Notes under the pieces: generated by a model
Seen by the model: the letters and a program-made list of their open reading frames with translations, nothing else
Told to the model about the DNA's origin: nothing
Databases searched by the model: none
Shown: positions 20,910 through 29,791 of the stretch, piece after piece
Layout of the letters: every line of letters begins with the position of its first letter
How positions within the stretch are numbered: the stretch's first letter is position 1
Program-made: the position numbers and the translations under genes
Source: Obrimoposthia wandeli
Taxonomy: Eukaryota
Direction: 5' to 3'
Assembly: GCA_977020255.1 (NCBI GenBank)
Contig: CDROCS010002469.1
Location: forward strand, 1 to 64,000
Length of the DNA: 64,000 bases

Positions 20910-21425
20910 GTGTCTTTTAATCACTGGTTGGCCAGCAACTATTCAGAGCAAGGCCCCGTTAAATATGTTGCTTTTATTCTAGAAGCAATTTCAGCTACCA
21001 CTTTGTTTTCTTTGATGTTACTAACTTGTGCCGATGTCGCTGGCCGGTACTTTTTCTCAAATTCAATTGATGGCACCACCGAATTAACAGAAATAGCCAT
21101 CGCGGTTATGATTTTTGCAGTACTGCCAGTCATTACATGGCGTGGCGGACACGTTGTTGTCGATATTTTAGATAGTTATTTTAATACTAAAATTATCAAA
21201 GCGTTAAGCTTACTTGCTGCTTTTTTAATGTCATCAACACTCTACTTTTTAGGCGTGAGAATATTTGAACTAGCAGCGCGCTCTTTACGCCGCGAAGAAA
21301 CCACTGAGTATTTAGAGCTTCCAGTAGGCTATATAGTCCAATACATAGCAGCACTTAGCTGGATAACCGCTGGATTGATGATTACTTACGGCGTTTTCAG
21401 AATTTTACAAGCTGATAACAAATAA
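20910..21425 (+). CDS. TRAP small permease (DctQ family)
   Basis: Four hydrophobic segments, GTTELTE and GGHVVVD motifs; GAGGA RBS before GTG. Confidence 0.88.
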   Translation: MSFNHWLASNYSEQGPVKYVAFILEAISATTLFSLMLLTCADVAGRYFFSNSIDGTTELTEIAIAVMIFAVLPVITWRGGHVVVDILDSYFNTKIIKALSLLAAFLMSSTLYFLGVRIFELAARSLRREETTEYLELPVGYIVQYIAALSWITAGLMITYGVFRILQADNK

Positions 21426-21488
21426 AATGTGATGAACATCAGCTAGTTCGACCTTCCAAATATTTTAGATTTAAAAAAGGCTTCATGT

Positions 21489-22817
21489 ATGACAATTGCG
21501 TTAATTGGTTTCGCCATTTTATTAATACTTATTTTAGTGGTACGCGTACCTATTGCATTTGCCATGGGTATTGTTGGTTTCTTTGGCTTTGCTACTGTGC
21601 AAGGACTAAATATCGAAAACTTTATAGACTTTAACTGGAAGCCTTCATTAAGTATGGCGGCAAAAAGAGTTATCGATACCGCCCAAGAATACAGCTTGTC
21701 GGTTATTCCACTGTTTGTATTAATGGGTAACTTAGTTACCCGATCAGGCCTTTCTCAGGAGCTATACCGCGCATCTTACGCTTTTTTAGGCCATAGAAAA
21801 GGCGGTTTATCTATGGCTACAGTTGTCGCTTGTGGTGGATTTTCTGCCATTTGCGGCTCTAGTTTAGCAACTTCTGCGACGATGGCTAAAGTCGCCATGC
21901 CACCGATGCGTAAATACGGCTATGCTGATTCTTTAGCAACAGCATCAATTGCAGCCGGTGGTACTTTAGGTATTTTAATTCCACCAAGTGTTATCTTAGT
22001 TATCTATGGATTGCTCACTGAAACCAGTATACGTGAGCTTTTCGCCGCAGGTTTCATACCCGGCATGTTAGGCATATTGCTCTATTTAGTGGCGGTGCGC
22101 TATGTGGTTTGGCGAAAGCCCGAAGATGGCCCTTGTGGCGAGAAGTTCACTTGGAGCGAGCGTCTTGAAGCCTTAAAAGGTGTTTGGGGCGTACTTATTT
22201 TATTCTCTGTGGTCATGGGTGGCATTTACTTAGGCGTCTTTACGCCCACCGAAGCTGCCGGCATTGGCGCAGGTGGCGCATTCGTTATCGCATTAGCGCG
22301 AAAGTCACTCACTTTAGGTAAATTATTCGATGTATTAACAGATACTGCTCGCACCAGCGCCATGTTATTTTCAATTTTAATAGGCGCGCTTATTTTTTCC
22401 AATTTCATTAACCGTGCGGGCCTTCCCGATGAATTACTTAACTTTGTAACAAATTTAGACGTAGCTCCACTGACGGTTATATTTGTTATTTTAGGCATTT
22501 ATCTTATTCTTGGAATGGTATTTGAAAGCTTGTCAATGCTATTACTAACCGTGCCAATCTTTTTCCCACTGGTACAAAGCTTAGGTTTTGACATGGTTTG
22601 GTTTGGGATCGTAGTAGTCGTCGTCACTGAAATTAGCTTGATTACACCACCGGTAGGCATGAATGTATTTGTGCTCAGCGCAGTACTTAAAGATGTTCCT
22701 GCTAGCACTATATTTAAGGGGGTAACACCTTTTTGGTGCGCTGATATTATTCGATTATTACTCGTTACTTTAATCGTACCTATTTCAATATTTTTACCAG
22801 AATTGCTATATAGGTAA
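21489..22817 (+). CDS. TRAP large permease (DctM family)
   Basis: IPLFVLMG, GGTLGILIPPS, FTPTEAA, ITPPVGMN. Confidence 0.92.
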   Translation: MTIALIGFAILLILILVVRVPIAFAMGIVGFFGFATVQGLNIENFIDFNWKPSLSMAAKRVIDTAQEYSLSVIPLFVLMGNLVTRSGLSQELYRASYAFLGHRKGGLSMATVVACGGFSAICGSSLATSATMAKVAMPPMRKYGYADSLATASIAAGGTLGILIPPSVILVIYGLLTETSIRELFAAGFIPGMLGILLYLVAVRYVVWRKPEDGPCGEKFTWSERLEALKGVWGVLILFSVVMGGIYLGVFTPTEAAGIGAGGAFVIALARKSLTLGKLFDVLTDTARTSAMLFSILIGALIFSNFINRAGLPDELLNFVTNLDVAPLTVIFVILGIYLILGMVFESLSMLLLTVPIFFPLVQSLGFDMVWFGIVVVVVTEISLITPPVGMNVFVLSAVLKDVPASTIFKGVTPFWCADIIRLLLVTLIVPISIFLPELLYR

Positions 22818-22866
22818 TTTTTTAACTAGTGCGATAGAGCTTTTTATTCAAGCCAATCGCACTTTC

Positions 22867-22885
22867 TTTCCAGATTGGAAACAAT
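22867..22885 (+). promoter_or_regulatory. Palindromic operator copy 2 (TTTCCAGATTGGAAACAAT)
   Basis: Near-identical to 19370-19388; 76 bp upstream of the MBL gene. Confidence 0.65.
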
Positions 22886-22961
22886 CTTGTTCAGCTGTGT
22901 AACTTAATTATCTTCTTGATACTCGGTATTGTAATAGCACTCATTCATCAAAGGAATTCCC

Positions 22962-23924
22962 ATGGCTAAGAAACCATTTGCGTCCTCAGCGGACCTCGGC
23001 GTAAAAACAGAAACTTTAGAAGTATTAGCAGATGGTGTATACGCACTAACAGCTGAAGGTGATCCAAATATTGGCGCGATTGAAGCTGAAGATTTCATCA
23101 TTGCTTTTGAAGCAAGAGCAACTCCTAAAGCCGCCAGAGACTGGCTTGCTCAATTACGCGAGCACACAGATAAACCGATCAAATACTTAGTACTTTCTCA
23201 TTACCATGCGGTGCGCGTACTTGGCGCAAGTGCATTTAATGCTGAAACAATTATTGCCCACGAAAACACTAAGTTTTTGATTGAAGAACGCGGCATGCAA
23301 GATTGGGCAAGCGAATACGGACGTATGCCTAGACTGTTTCGTGAACCTGACGAGATTCCTGGCCTAACACATCCTGATATCGTATTTAACGATAAAATGG
23401 AAATTCCTTTAGGCGGTGATCGCGGCAGTTTGATTCTAGAGTATTGTGGCCGTGGCCATACCGCTGGTGATATTTGTGCTTGGCTACCTAAACATAAAAT
23501 TTTGTTTGCCGGTGATTTAGTAGAAGCTGCTGCAGCGCTTTATACAGGTGATGCTTTCCATTTTGATTGGTCGAGCAAAACATTAGATAAAGTAAAAGCG
23601 TATGAAGCGGAAATTCTAATCGGTGGTCGTGGCGCTGTCGCTAGAGGGCGTGATGAAGTAGATGCGGCGATTGATCAAACACGTGGTTTCTTAACCGCTA
23701 TGATTGAAAAAACCGGCGAAATCCACGCCAACGGCGGCACCGTAAAAGAAGCCTTTGAAGCAACGCGTGATCACTTAGCACCTAAATTTGGCATGTGGCC
23801 AATATTCGAGCATTGCCTGCCTTTTGATGTACAACGTCTTTGGGACGAGCTAGATGGCGTTGACTGGCCGCGAATTTGGACCGATGAGCGCGATCAGGAA
23901 GTGTGGGATAAACTACAAGACTAA
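22962..23924 (+). CDS. MBL-fold metallo-hydrolase
   Basis: SHYHAVR (variant of HxHxDH), GRGHTAGD, LFAGDL. Confidence 0.85.
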   Translation: MAKKPFASSADLGVKTETLEVLADGVYALTAEGDPNIGAIEAEDFIIAFEARATPKAARDWLAQLREHTDKPIKYLVLSHYHAVRVLGASAFNAETIIAHENTKFLIEERGMQDWASEYGRMPRLFREPDEIPGLTHPDIVFNDKMEIPLGGDRGSLILEYCGRGHTAGDICAWLPKHKILFAGDLVEAAAALYTGDAFHFDWSSKTLDKVKAYEAEILIGGRGAVARGRDEVDAAIDQTRGFLTAMIEKTGEIHANGGTVKEAFEATRDHLAPKFGMWPIFEHCLPFDVQRLWDELDGVDWPRIWTDERDQEVWDKLQD

Positions 23925-24238
23925 TCCCTGCCCTGCACTTCAAAGCGATTATTGCCGGTGTATAGATTATATATACCTGCAATGATCGATGATTTTAATT
24001 CTTTTTCTAGACTATTTTTTTACTCAGTATTTCCCTCTTCAATACCAGCTGTTATCTAAATAGCACTCGCTGCGCAATAATTATCATTTTACGATTACTT
24101 ATCAACTCTTTACATTGATTATATGTATGATTCATGTAACTTTAGATGTGAACACTCGAGTAACACAGCATCTAAAATTCAATTTTGAAGCTGCCATTAT
24201 TCGCACAACTTCCTAAAAAAGGCATTAAAAGGTTTACT

Positions 24239-25153
24239 ATGGATACTCTTACCTCAATGCGCGTTTATGCTTGTGTGGTCAAACTTAAAAGCTTTTCTTT
24301 AGCCGCTATTGAGCTAGATATTTCTAGCTCTTCTGTGAGCAAACAAGTTTCACAATTAGAAAAGCATTTAGGCGCTAAGCTGCTGCAACGTACTACTCGG
24401 CGTCTATTTGTGACTGAATTGGGCGAAGTATATTATCAAAAATGCTTAATTATCTTAGCTCAAATAGATGAAGCAGAAAGCTTAGTTTCTACCTTACAAT
24501 CAAGCACCAGCGGCAACTTAAAAATCACCTGTAATATGACCTTTGGCCAGCTTCAGCTATCTAAAGCTATTCCGTTGTTCATGCAAAAATATCCCGACGT
24601 CACGGTTGATATTACTTTAGATGATAGGCCGCCCGACTTAATGCGTGATGGCTTTGATTTAGCAATACGCATTAGTGAGCCACAATTACCCAATTCCAGC
24701 TTAATAGCCAGAGAGATATCTAAGTTATCGCTGTTTGTTTGTGCTACCAAAAACTACTTAGCTAAACATGGTACTCCGCAACAAGTCCCCGATCTAACCA
24801 AGCATAACTGTTTGATATTTGTGCATGCCGCCAACGCTGATACTTGGACATTAAAACATCCTAAAGAAAATGTCACCGTTAAAGTTGACGGGGATCTACG
24901 CGCGAATAACAGTTTAATCATTCGCGCTTCTGTATTAAAAGATCGCGGTATTGCCAACTTAGCAGGGTTTGTTATTGAAGATTATGTAAAATCTGGTGAG
25001 CTAGTTCGAGTATTTCCAGAACACCAACCGGAACAGCTCTCTGTGTTCGCAGTGTATCCTGAGCGTAAATTCACTCCACCGAAGGTTAGCTTGTTTATTG
25101 AGTTTCTACAGGCTTGGCTCAATGAAAACCATGAGACCAATCCTTGGCATTAA
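24239..25153 (+). CDS. LysR-family regulator
   Basis: SFSLAAIELDISSSSVSKQVSQLEKHLGAKLLQRTTR HTH; DLAIR; YPERKFTPPKV. Confidence 0.92.
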   Translation: MDTLTSMRVYACVVKLKSFSLAAIELDISSSSVSKQVSQLEKHLGAKLLQRTTRRLFVTELGEVYYQKCLIILAQIDEAESLVSTLQSSTSGNLKITCNMTFGQLQLSKAIPLFMQKYPDVTVDITLDDRPPDLMRDGFDLAIRISEPQLPNSSLIAREISKLSLFVCATKNYLAKHGTPQQVPDLTKHNCLIFVHAANADTWTLKHPKENVTVKVDGDLRANNSLIIRASVLKDRGIANLAGFVIEDYVKSGELVRVFPEHQPEQLSVFAVYPERKFTPPKVSLFIEFLQAWLNENHETNPWH

Positions 25154-25339
25154 TTAGATGAAAAAATAACTCTAAGTTATAAACGCTTACCTCGAACAAT
25201 ATCTTCTATTAATTCAAATTTCCTTCTATAACCCTGTCAACGATAGCAAGGTCTATTGAGGTTAGTCTCCCAGGCGCAAGAGGCTATCGCTATGCTTTCC
25301 TTGAATGGAGTCCCTTTGGCTTCCTTCGCTACCTTCATG

Positions 25340-25620
25340 TATTACTGCCGCCAAGGCAAAAAAGTACGACAAGCGCCGTCGTACTTTCAGCATTCGAGGT
25401 CGTTGAGTGCGTTCCTTTGGTGACAGTTGTTGAATTCACTGTATCGAAACAAGTAGAAGGCAAAAACAGCTGCGGCAGTGACGAAAGCAACAATCGATCT
25501 CCTCAAGCCTATGCAAGACGCAGTTCTAACGATCACAGCTGATAATGCGCTTATCACGAGGAAATTAAAGCGCTGGATCTGACTAGTTTAACGAGCCTAA
25601 TTCAAGGCCAAGAAAGTCGC
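25340..25620 (+). pseudogene. Eroded IS30-family transposase fragment
   Basis: 25463-25546 reads KTAAAVTKATIDLLKPMQDAVLTITADN; frameshifted neighbours RQGKK/KYDKRR, AYHEEI-KALD and NSRPRK resemble IS30 DDE-domain segments. Confidence 0.75.
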
Positions 25621-25777
25621 CAAGCGTAATCTATATACCCTGTATGTTAGCCTTAGTTAATTATTCGACGTAATTTTTAGGTTATTGTTAATCTATATTT
25701 ATTGGCCATTTTAAAGTTTAAACAGACTTGTAGCTTAAAAACTTAGCGCTTAAAAAAATAACTAACAGAGCATCACT

Positions 25778-27469
25778 ATGTTAAAAACTTATCAGTTTCC
25801 AAAGTACGATTATCAACGATCTGCCGATCAGGATAAAAATTTTCCTAACTTAGCCGTTCACCCAGTGGTGATCATAGGTGCTGGCCCAATCGGCCTTGCC
25901 GCTGCGGTCGATTTTTCCATCAAAGGTATTCCCGTTGTCGTGATCGACGATAATAACACTGTTAGCGTTGGCTCAAGAGCAGTGTGTTATGCCAAGCGCT
26001 TTCTTGATATCAGCGATAGGCTAGGTGTGGGTCAGCGATTAATTGATAAAGGTGTTACTTGGAATGTGGGTAAAGTTTTTTTCGAAAACGAGCAAGTGTA
26101 TAGCTTTGATATGCTCCCAGAAAAGCATCACCGGCGCCCAGGCTTTATCAATTTACAACAATACTATTTAGAACAATTCTATGTAGATAGACTCAGTGAA
26201 TTTGATACGGCGTCGCTGCGCTGGAAAAACAAATTAGTTAAGATTGAACAAGACCAAGATTTTGCCACTTTAGAAATTGAAACTCCCGATGGAACATATC
26301 AGGTTAAAGCGCAATATGTGCTTGCCTGTGATGGTGCTAACTCTAAAACACGCACCCTTTGTAACTTAGAATCAAAAGGGCAAGTATTTGAAGATCGCTT
26401 TCTGATTGCCGATATTTTAATGACTGATAAAGCCTTCCCACCTGAGCGCTGGTTCTGGTTCAACCCGCCTTTTCACAAAGGCAGCTCAACGTTACTACAC
26501 AGACAACCTGATAACCTTTGGCGCATCGATTTTGACTTAGGCTGGGACGCTGATCCAGAAGAAGAAAAAAAGCCAGAAAATATTATCCCTAGAGTTAAGG
26601 CATTCCTAGGCGAAGAGATTGAATTTGAATTAGAATGGACCTCTGTTTATACCTTCACTTGTCGGCGCATGGATAATTTTCGCCACCAGCGCATTTTCTT
26701 CGCAGGCGATAGCGCACATCAAGTGTCTCCTTTTGGTGCGAGAGGTGCCAACTCTGGCATTGAAGATATCGATAACTTGGTGTGGAAAATCCAACTGGCA
26801 TTGAATAACCAAGTAAGTGAAAAACTGCTTGATAGCTACAGCGAAGAGCGAGTGCTAGCAGCAAAAGAGAATATTTTAAACTCTACGCGCAGCACCGATT
26901 TCATCACGCCTAAGAACGCTGCAAATAAAGTTATGCGCGATGCGGTACTCTCTTTATCCAAAGAATATGATTTTGCTAGACCTCTCGTAAACTCAGGCCG
27001 CTTATCAGTGCCACCAATACTGCGCAATTGCACCTTAATCAGCGCCGATCGACAGCCCTTCGCAAGTGCGGTAGAGCCTGGATCTCCCTGTACTGATGGT
27101 CCAGTAACGATTGCAAATGAGAAAAAATACTTACTTTCTTTACTGGGTAATCGCTTTCAATGTTTATTATTCATCAATGACAAAGACTCCCTCACGACAA
27201 AACACTTAGCTGACCTGGCGCAGCTAGCGTTACTTGAACAACCTATCCATACTTTAATCTTCGTTGATCAATCCTTTAACACTAATGCAGTAAAACTACC
27301 CCAAGGTGTAGAATTTGTTGTCGATCATTTACAACTCATCGCACAACGATTAGATAGCTCTGATAAATGTTTTTACCTATTACGCCCTGACCAAATTGTC
27401 ACTGGTAGAGCAAGAAAGTTTAATTTAGCAACCGTTATACGTATGCAGCAACATGCGTTAGGAGAATAA
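25778..27469 (+). CDS. FAD-dependent aromatic monooxygenase (MhpA/PheA-like)
   Basis: IIGAGPIG, ACDGANS, FFAGDSAHQVSPFGARGANSG fingerprints; C-terminal LLRPDQIV domain. Confidence 0.87.
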   Translation: MLKTYQFPKYDYQRSADQDKNFPNLAVHPVVIIGAGPIGLAAAVDFSIKGIPVVVIDDNNTVSVGSRAVCYAKRFLDISDRLGVGQRLIDKGVTWNVGKVFFENEQVYSFDMLPEKHHRRPGFINLQQYYLEQFYVDRLSEFDTASLRWKNKLVKIEQDQDFATLEIETPDGTYQVKAQYVLACDGANSKTRTLCNLESKGQVFEDRFLIADILMTDKAFPPERWFWFNPPFHKGSSTLLHRQPDNLWRIDFDLGWDADPEEEKKPENIIPRVKAFLGEEIEFELEWTSVYTFTCRRMDNFRHQRIFFAGDSAHQVSPFGARGANSGIEDIDNLVWKIQLALNNQVSEKLLDSYSEERVLAAKENILNSTRSTDFITPKNAANKVMRDAVLSLSKEYDFARPLVNSGRLSVPPILRNCTLISADRQPFASAVEPGSPCTDGPVTIANEKKYLLSLLGNRFQCLLFINDKDSLTTKHLADLAQLALLEQPIHTLIFVDQSFNTNAVKLPQGVEFVVDHLQLIAQRLDSSDKCFYLLRPDQIVTGRARKFNLATVIRMQQHALGE

Positions 27470-27470
27470 A

Positions 27471-27683
27471 ATGCCGACACTGATTACCAGCGCCAACATT
27501 GCCAACCCTGATGATTTTTATCAGCTATTAACCGATATGACACTTGATTTAGACAACGATCAAGTTGCAGCTTTAAATGCTCGGCTTATTTTATTACTCA
27601 GTAATCACATCGGCGATATTGACGTATTACAACAGGCGATAAACGCTGCTAGCGCAACTTTACAATCAAAAGATAGTCATTAG
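27471..27683 (+). CDS. Small DUF2783-like protein
   Basis: PDDFYQLL...LNARLILLLSNHIGD pattern; starts 1 bp after the monooxygenase stop. Confidence 0.75.
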   Translation: MPTLITSANIANPDDFYQLLTDMTLDLDNDQVAALNARLILLLSNHIGDIDVLQQAINAASATLQSKDSH

Positions 27684-27931
27684 TGTATTACAGTGACAAG
27701 CTCTGAAATCACTATCAAGCATAACGATAGTCGAGTAATATCTTGACACATTGATTACTCTTTTTAACAAAACGCTACAGAGCGTGTCGTAAAACTACTG
27801 CGCTCAATAATACAGCGTTAAAAATCGGCTCAATATGCTCATTTACACCAGTAAATCCTGCTATTTCGCCAATTTTTGCCTTGTCTTATTATCGCTCACT
27901 ACCTTTTACGATGCCCTCTACAAGGATATTT

Positions 27932-28570
27932 ATGATTTTATATGATTACTGTCGATCTTCAGCAGCTTATAGAGTAAGAATAGCACTCAATTTAAAAGCA
28001 TTAGCTTATCAACAGCAATCTGTTAATTTATTGGAATCTACGCATACAGGTCCCGAGCATCAGGCGCGTAACGCACAAAAATTAGTACCGGTGTTAGCTG
28101 ATAACGAGGTTGAATTAAGCCAATCAATGGCGATTTGTGAATACTTAGATGAGGCTTACCCACAAAGCTTACAGTTAGTAATAGGCAGTAGTATTGAGCG
28201 TGCCAAAATCCGAGCTTTTGCACAAGCCATTGCCTGTGAAGTACATCCTGTAAATAACCTGCGCGTGCTTAAGTATTTAGTCACAGAACTAAAAGCGGAT
28301 GAAGAACAAAAACTAGCCTGGTACCAACATTGGGTGAACACCACTTTTAGTGCATTAGAAGAACAGCTAAGTACCAAAGCTAAGCAACATCGTTTTGCCT
28401 GTTCTGATGCACCAAGCTTAGCGGATGTGTGTTTAATTCCGCAGATATTCAATGCAAAACGTTTTCACGTTGATATGCAAGCTTACCCTTTGCTGGCAGC
28501 GATAGATGAAGAGTGTCAAAAAATGACCGCCTTTAGCGATGCCCACCCAACCAAACAGCCTGATTCATAA
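27932..28570 (+). CDS. maiA: Maleylacetoacetate isomerase (GST zeta)
   Basis: LYDYCRSSAAYRVRIALNLK, QSMAICEYLDE, CEVHPVNNLRVL. Confidence 0.9.
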   Translation: MILYDYCRSSAAYRVRIALNLKALAYQQQSVNLLESTHTGPEHQARNAQKLVPVLADNEVELSQSMAICEYLDEAYPQSLQLVIGSSIERAKIRAFAQAIACEVHPVNNLRVLKYLVTELKADEEQKLAWYQHWVNTTFSALEEQLSTKAKQHRFACSDAPSLADVCLIPQIFNAKRFHVDMQAYPLLAAIDEECQKMTAFSDAHPTKQPDS

Positions 28571-28605
28571 TAGTTAGGGACCTTTGCGATAATCAAAAAA
28601 TAAAG

Positions 28606-29052
28606 CTAGCTTTGTAACTGCTGGCTTAATTTTTGAGTTAGTTTCAGTAACTGCTCACATTCTTTTTGTGTTAAACCTGCTAACATTTTTTTCCCTTGTT
28701 GCTTCACCAAAGGCATGATTTCTAAATACATTTGATGACCATACTCACTCAGATGCAACAGACTTTCTCTTCGGTCACTACTATTTACTTGCTGCTCAAT
28801 GGCGCCAGATGTTGTTAATTTACCGATAGCTCTGCTCACCTGCATTTTATCAAGCTGGGTAAATTGGCAAACACCCTTTGCCGAAATTTCCTGATGTTGT
28901 CCTACTGTAGCCAATACTCGCCATTCAAACTTAGTTAGGCCGTACTCCTCGTGATATATCACTGCTATATAATCACTCACCTGCCCTGCTAAGATGGAAA
29001 ATTGGTAAGGGAAAAATTCATGTAAATCTAATATCGGCGGTTCGTTATTCAT
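28606..29052 (-). CDS. MarR-family repressor (HmgS-like context)
   Basis: FFPYQFSILA, EWRVL, LDKMQVSRA, SDRRESLLHL. Confidence 0.88.
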   Translation of the reverse strand: MNNEPPILDLHEFFPYQFSILAGQVSDYIAVIYHEEYGLTKFEWRVLATVGQHQEISAKGVCQFTQLDKMQVSRAIGKLTTSGAIEQQVNSSDRRESLLHLSEYGHQMYLEIMPLVKQQGKKMLAGLTQKECEQLLKLTQKLSQQLQS

Positions 29053-29174
29053 GGTGAAATCAACTCAATTTTTTGCAGCTACCGCACTGACTAGAAATAA
29101 GCAGATGCGGATTACTATAGGTATATTTATAAAAGCGTACTGAAAGCGATGCTCAACAATATAACATGACGTTG

Positions 29175-29230
29175 TTGACTTTAGTAACAAATGATACTAT
29201 TATTTCACTATAATAGTAACAAATGTTACA
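29175..29230 (+). promoter_or_regulatory. Promoter of VOC-fahA with two palindromic operators
   Basis: TTGACT-N17-TATTAT; GTAACA-AA-TGATAC in the spacer (29182-29199) and GTAACA-AA-TGTTAC at 29214-29230. Confidence 0.75.
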
Positions 29231-29248
29231 ACTAACAAAGAGGGCGCT

Positions 29249-29791
29249 ATGATAAATATAAAACAAATGCACCATGTAGCTTATCGTTGCAATGATGCAA
29301 AAGAGACTGTGCAGTGGTACAAACATCATTTAAATATGGATTTGTTAGTGGCCATTTCTGAAGACAAAGTGCCTTCTACTAAAGAGCCTGACCCTTATAT
29401 GCATGTTTTTTTAGATGCGGGTATGGGTAATATATTGGCATTTTTTGAACTGCCTACTAAGCCTAAAATGAGCCGCGACTTAAACACCCCTGTTTGGGTG
29501 CAACACATTGCTTTTGAAATTGAAAACCGTGATGCGCTGATTGCTGCCAAAGAAGAACTAGAAGCAAAGGGCGTTGATGTTTTAGGTATAACCAGCCATG
29601 GTATCATTTACTCTATTTACTTTTTTGATCCTAATGGCCACCGCCTAGAGCTAACCTATCGCAGCGGTACTGATGAGCAAATGCAACAACTTCGCGAAGT
29701 CGCCCCTGCTATGATCGAAGAGTGGTCAGTAACGAAAAAAGCGCCTCAACACGCGGCATGGTTACACGAAGACGAATTTTCTGAAAAATGA
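29249..29791 (+). CDS. VOC/glyoxalase-fold protein, candidate ring-cleaving dioxygenase
   Basis: MHHVAY, YMHVF, QHIAFE, SIYFFDPNGHRLE; overlaps fahA start. Confidence 0.8.
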   Translation: MINIKQMHHVAYRCNDAKETVQWYKHHLNMDLLVAISEDKVPSTKEPDPYMHVFLDAGMGNILAFFELPTKPKMSRDLNTPVWVQHIAFEIENRDALIAAKEELEAKGVDVLGITSHGIIYSIYFFDPNGHRLELTYRSGTDEQMQQLREVAPAMIEEWSVTKKAPQHAAWLHEDEFSEK

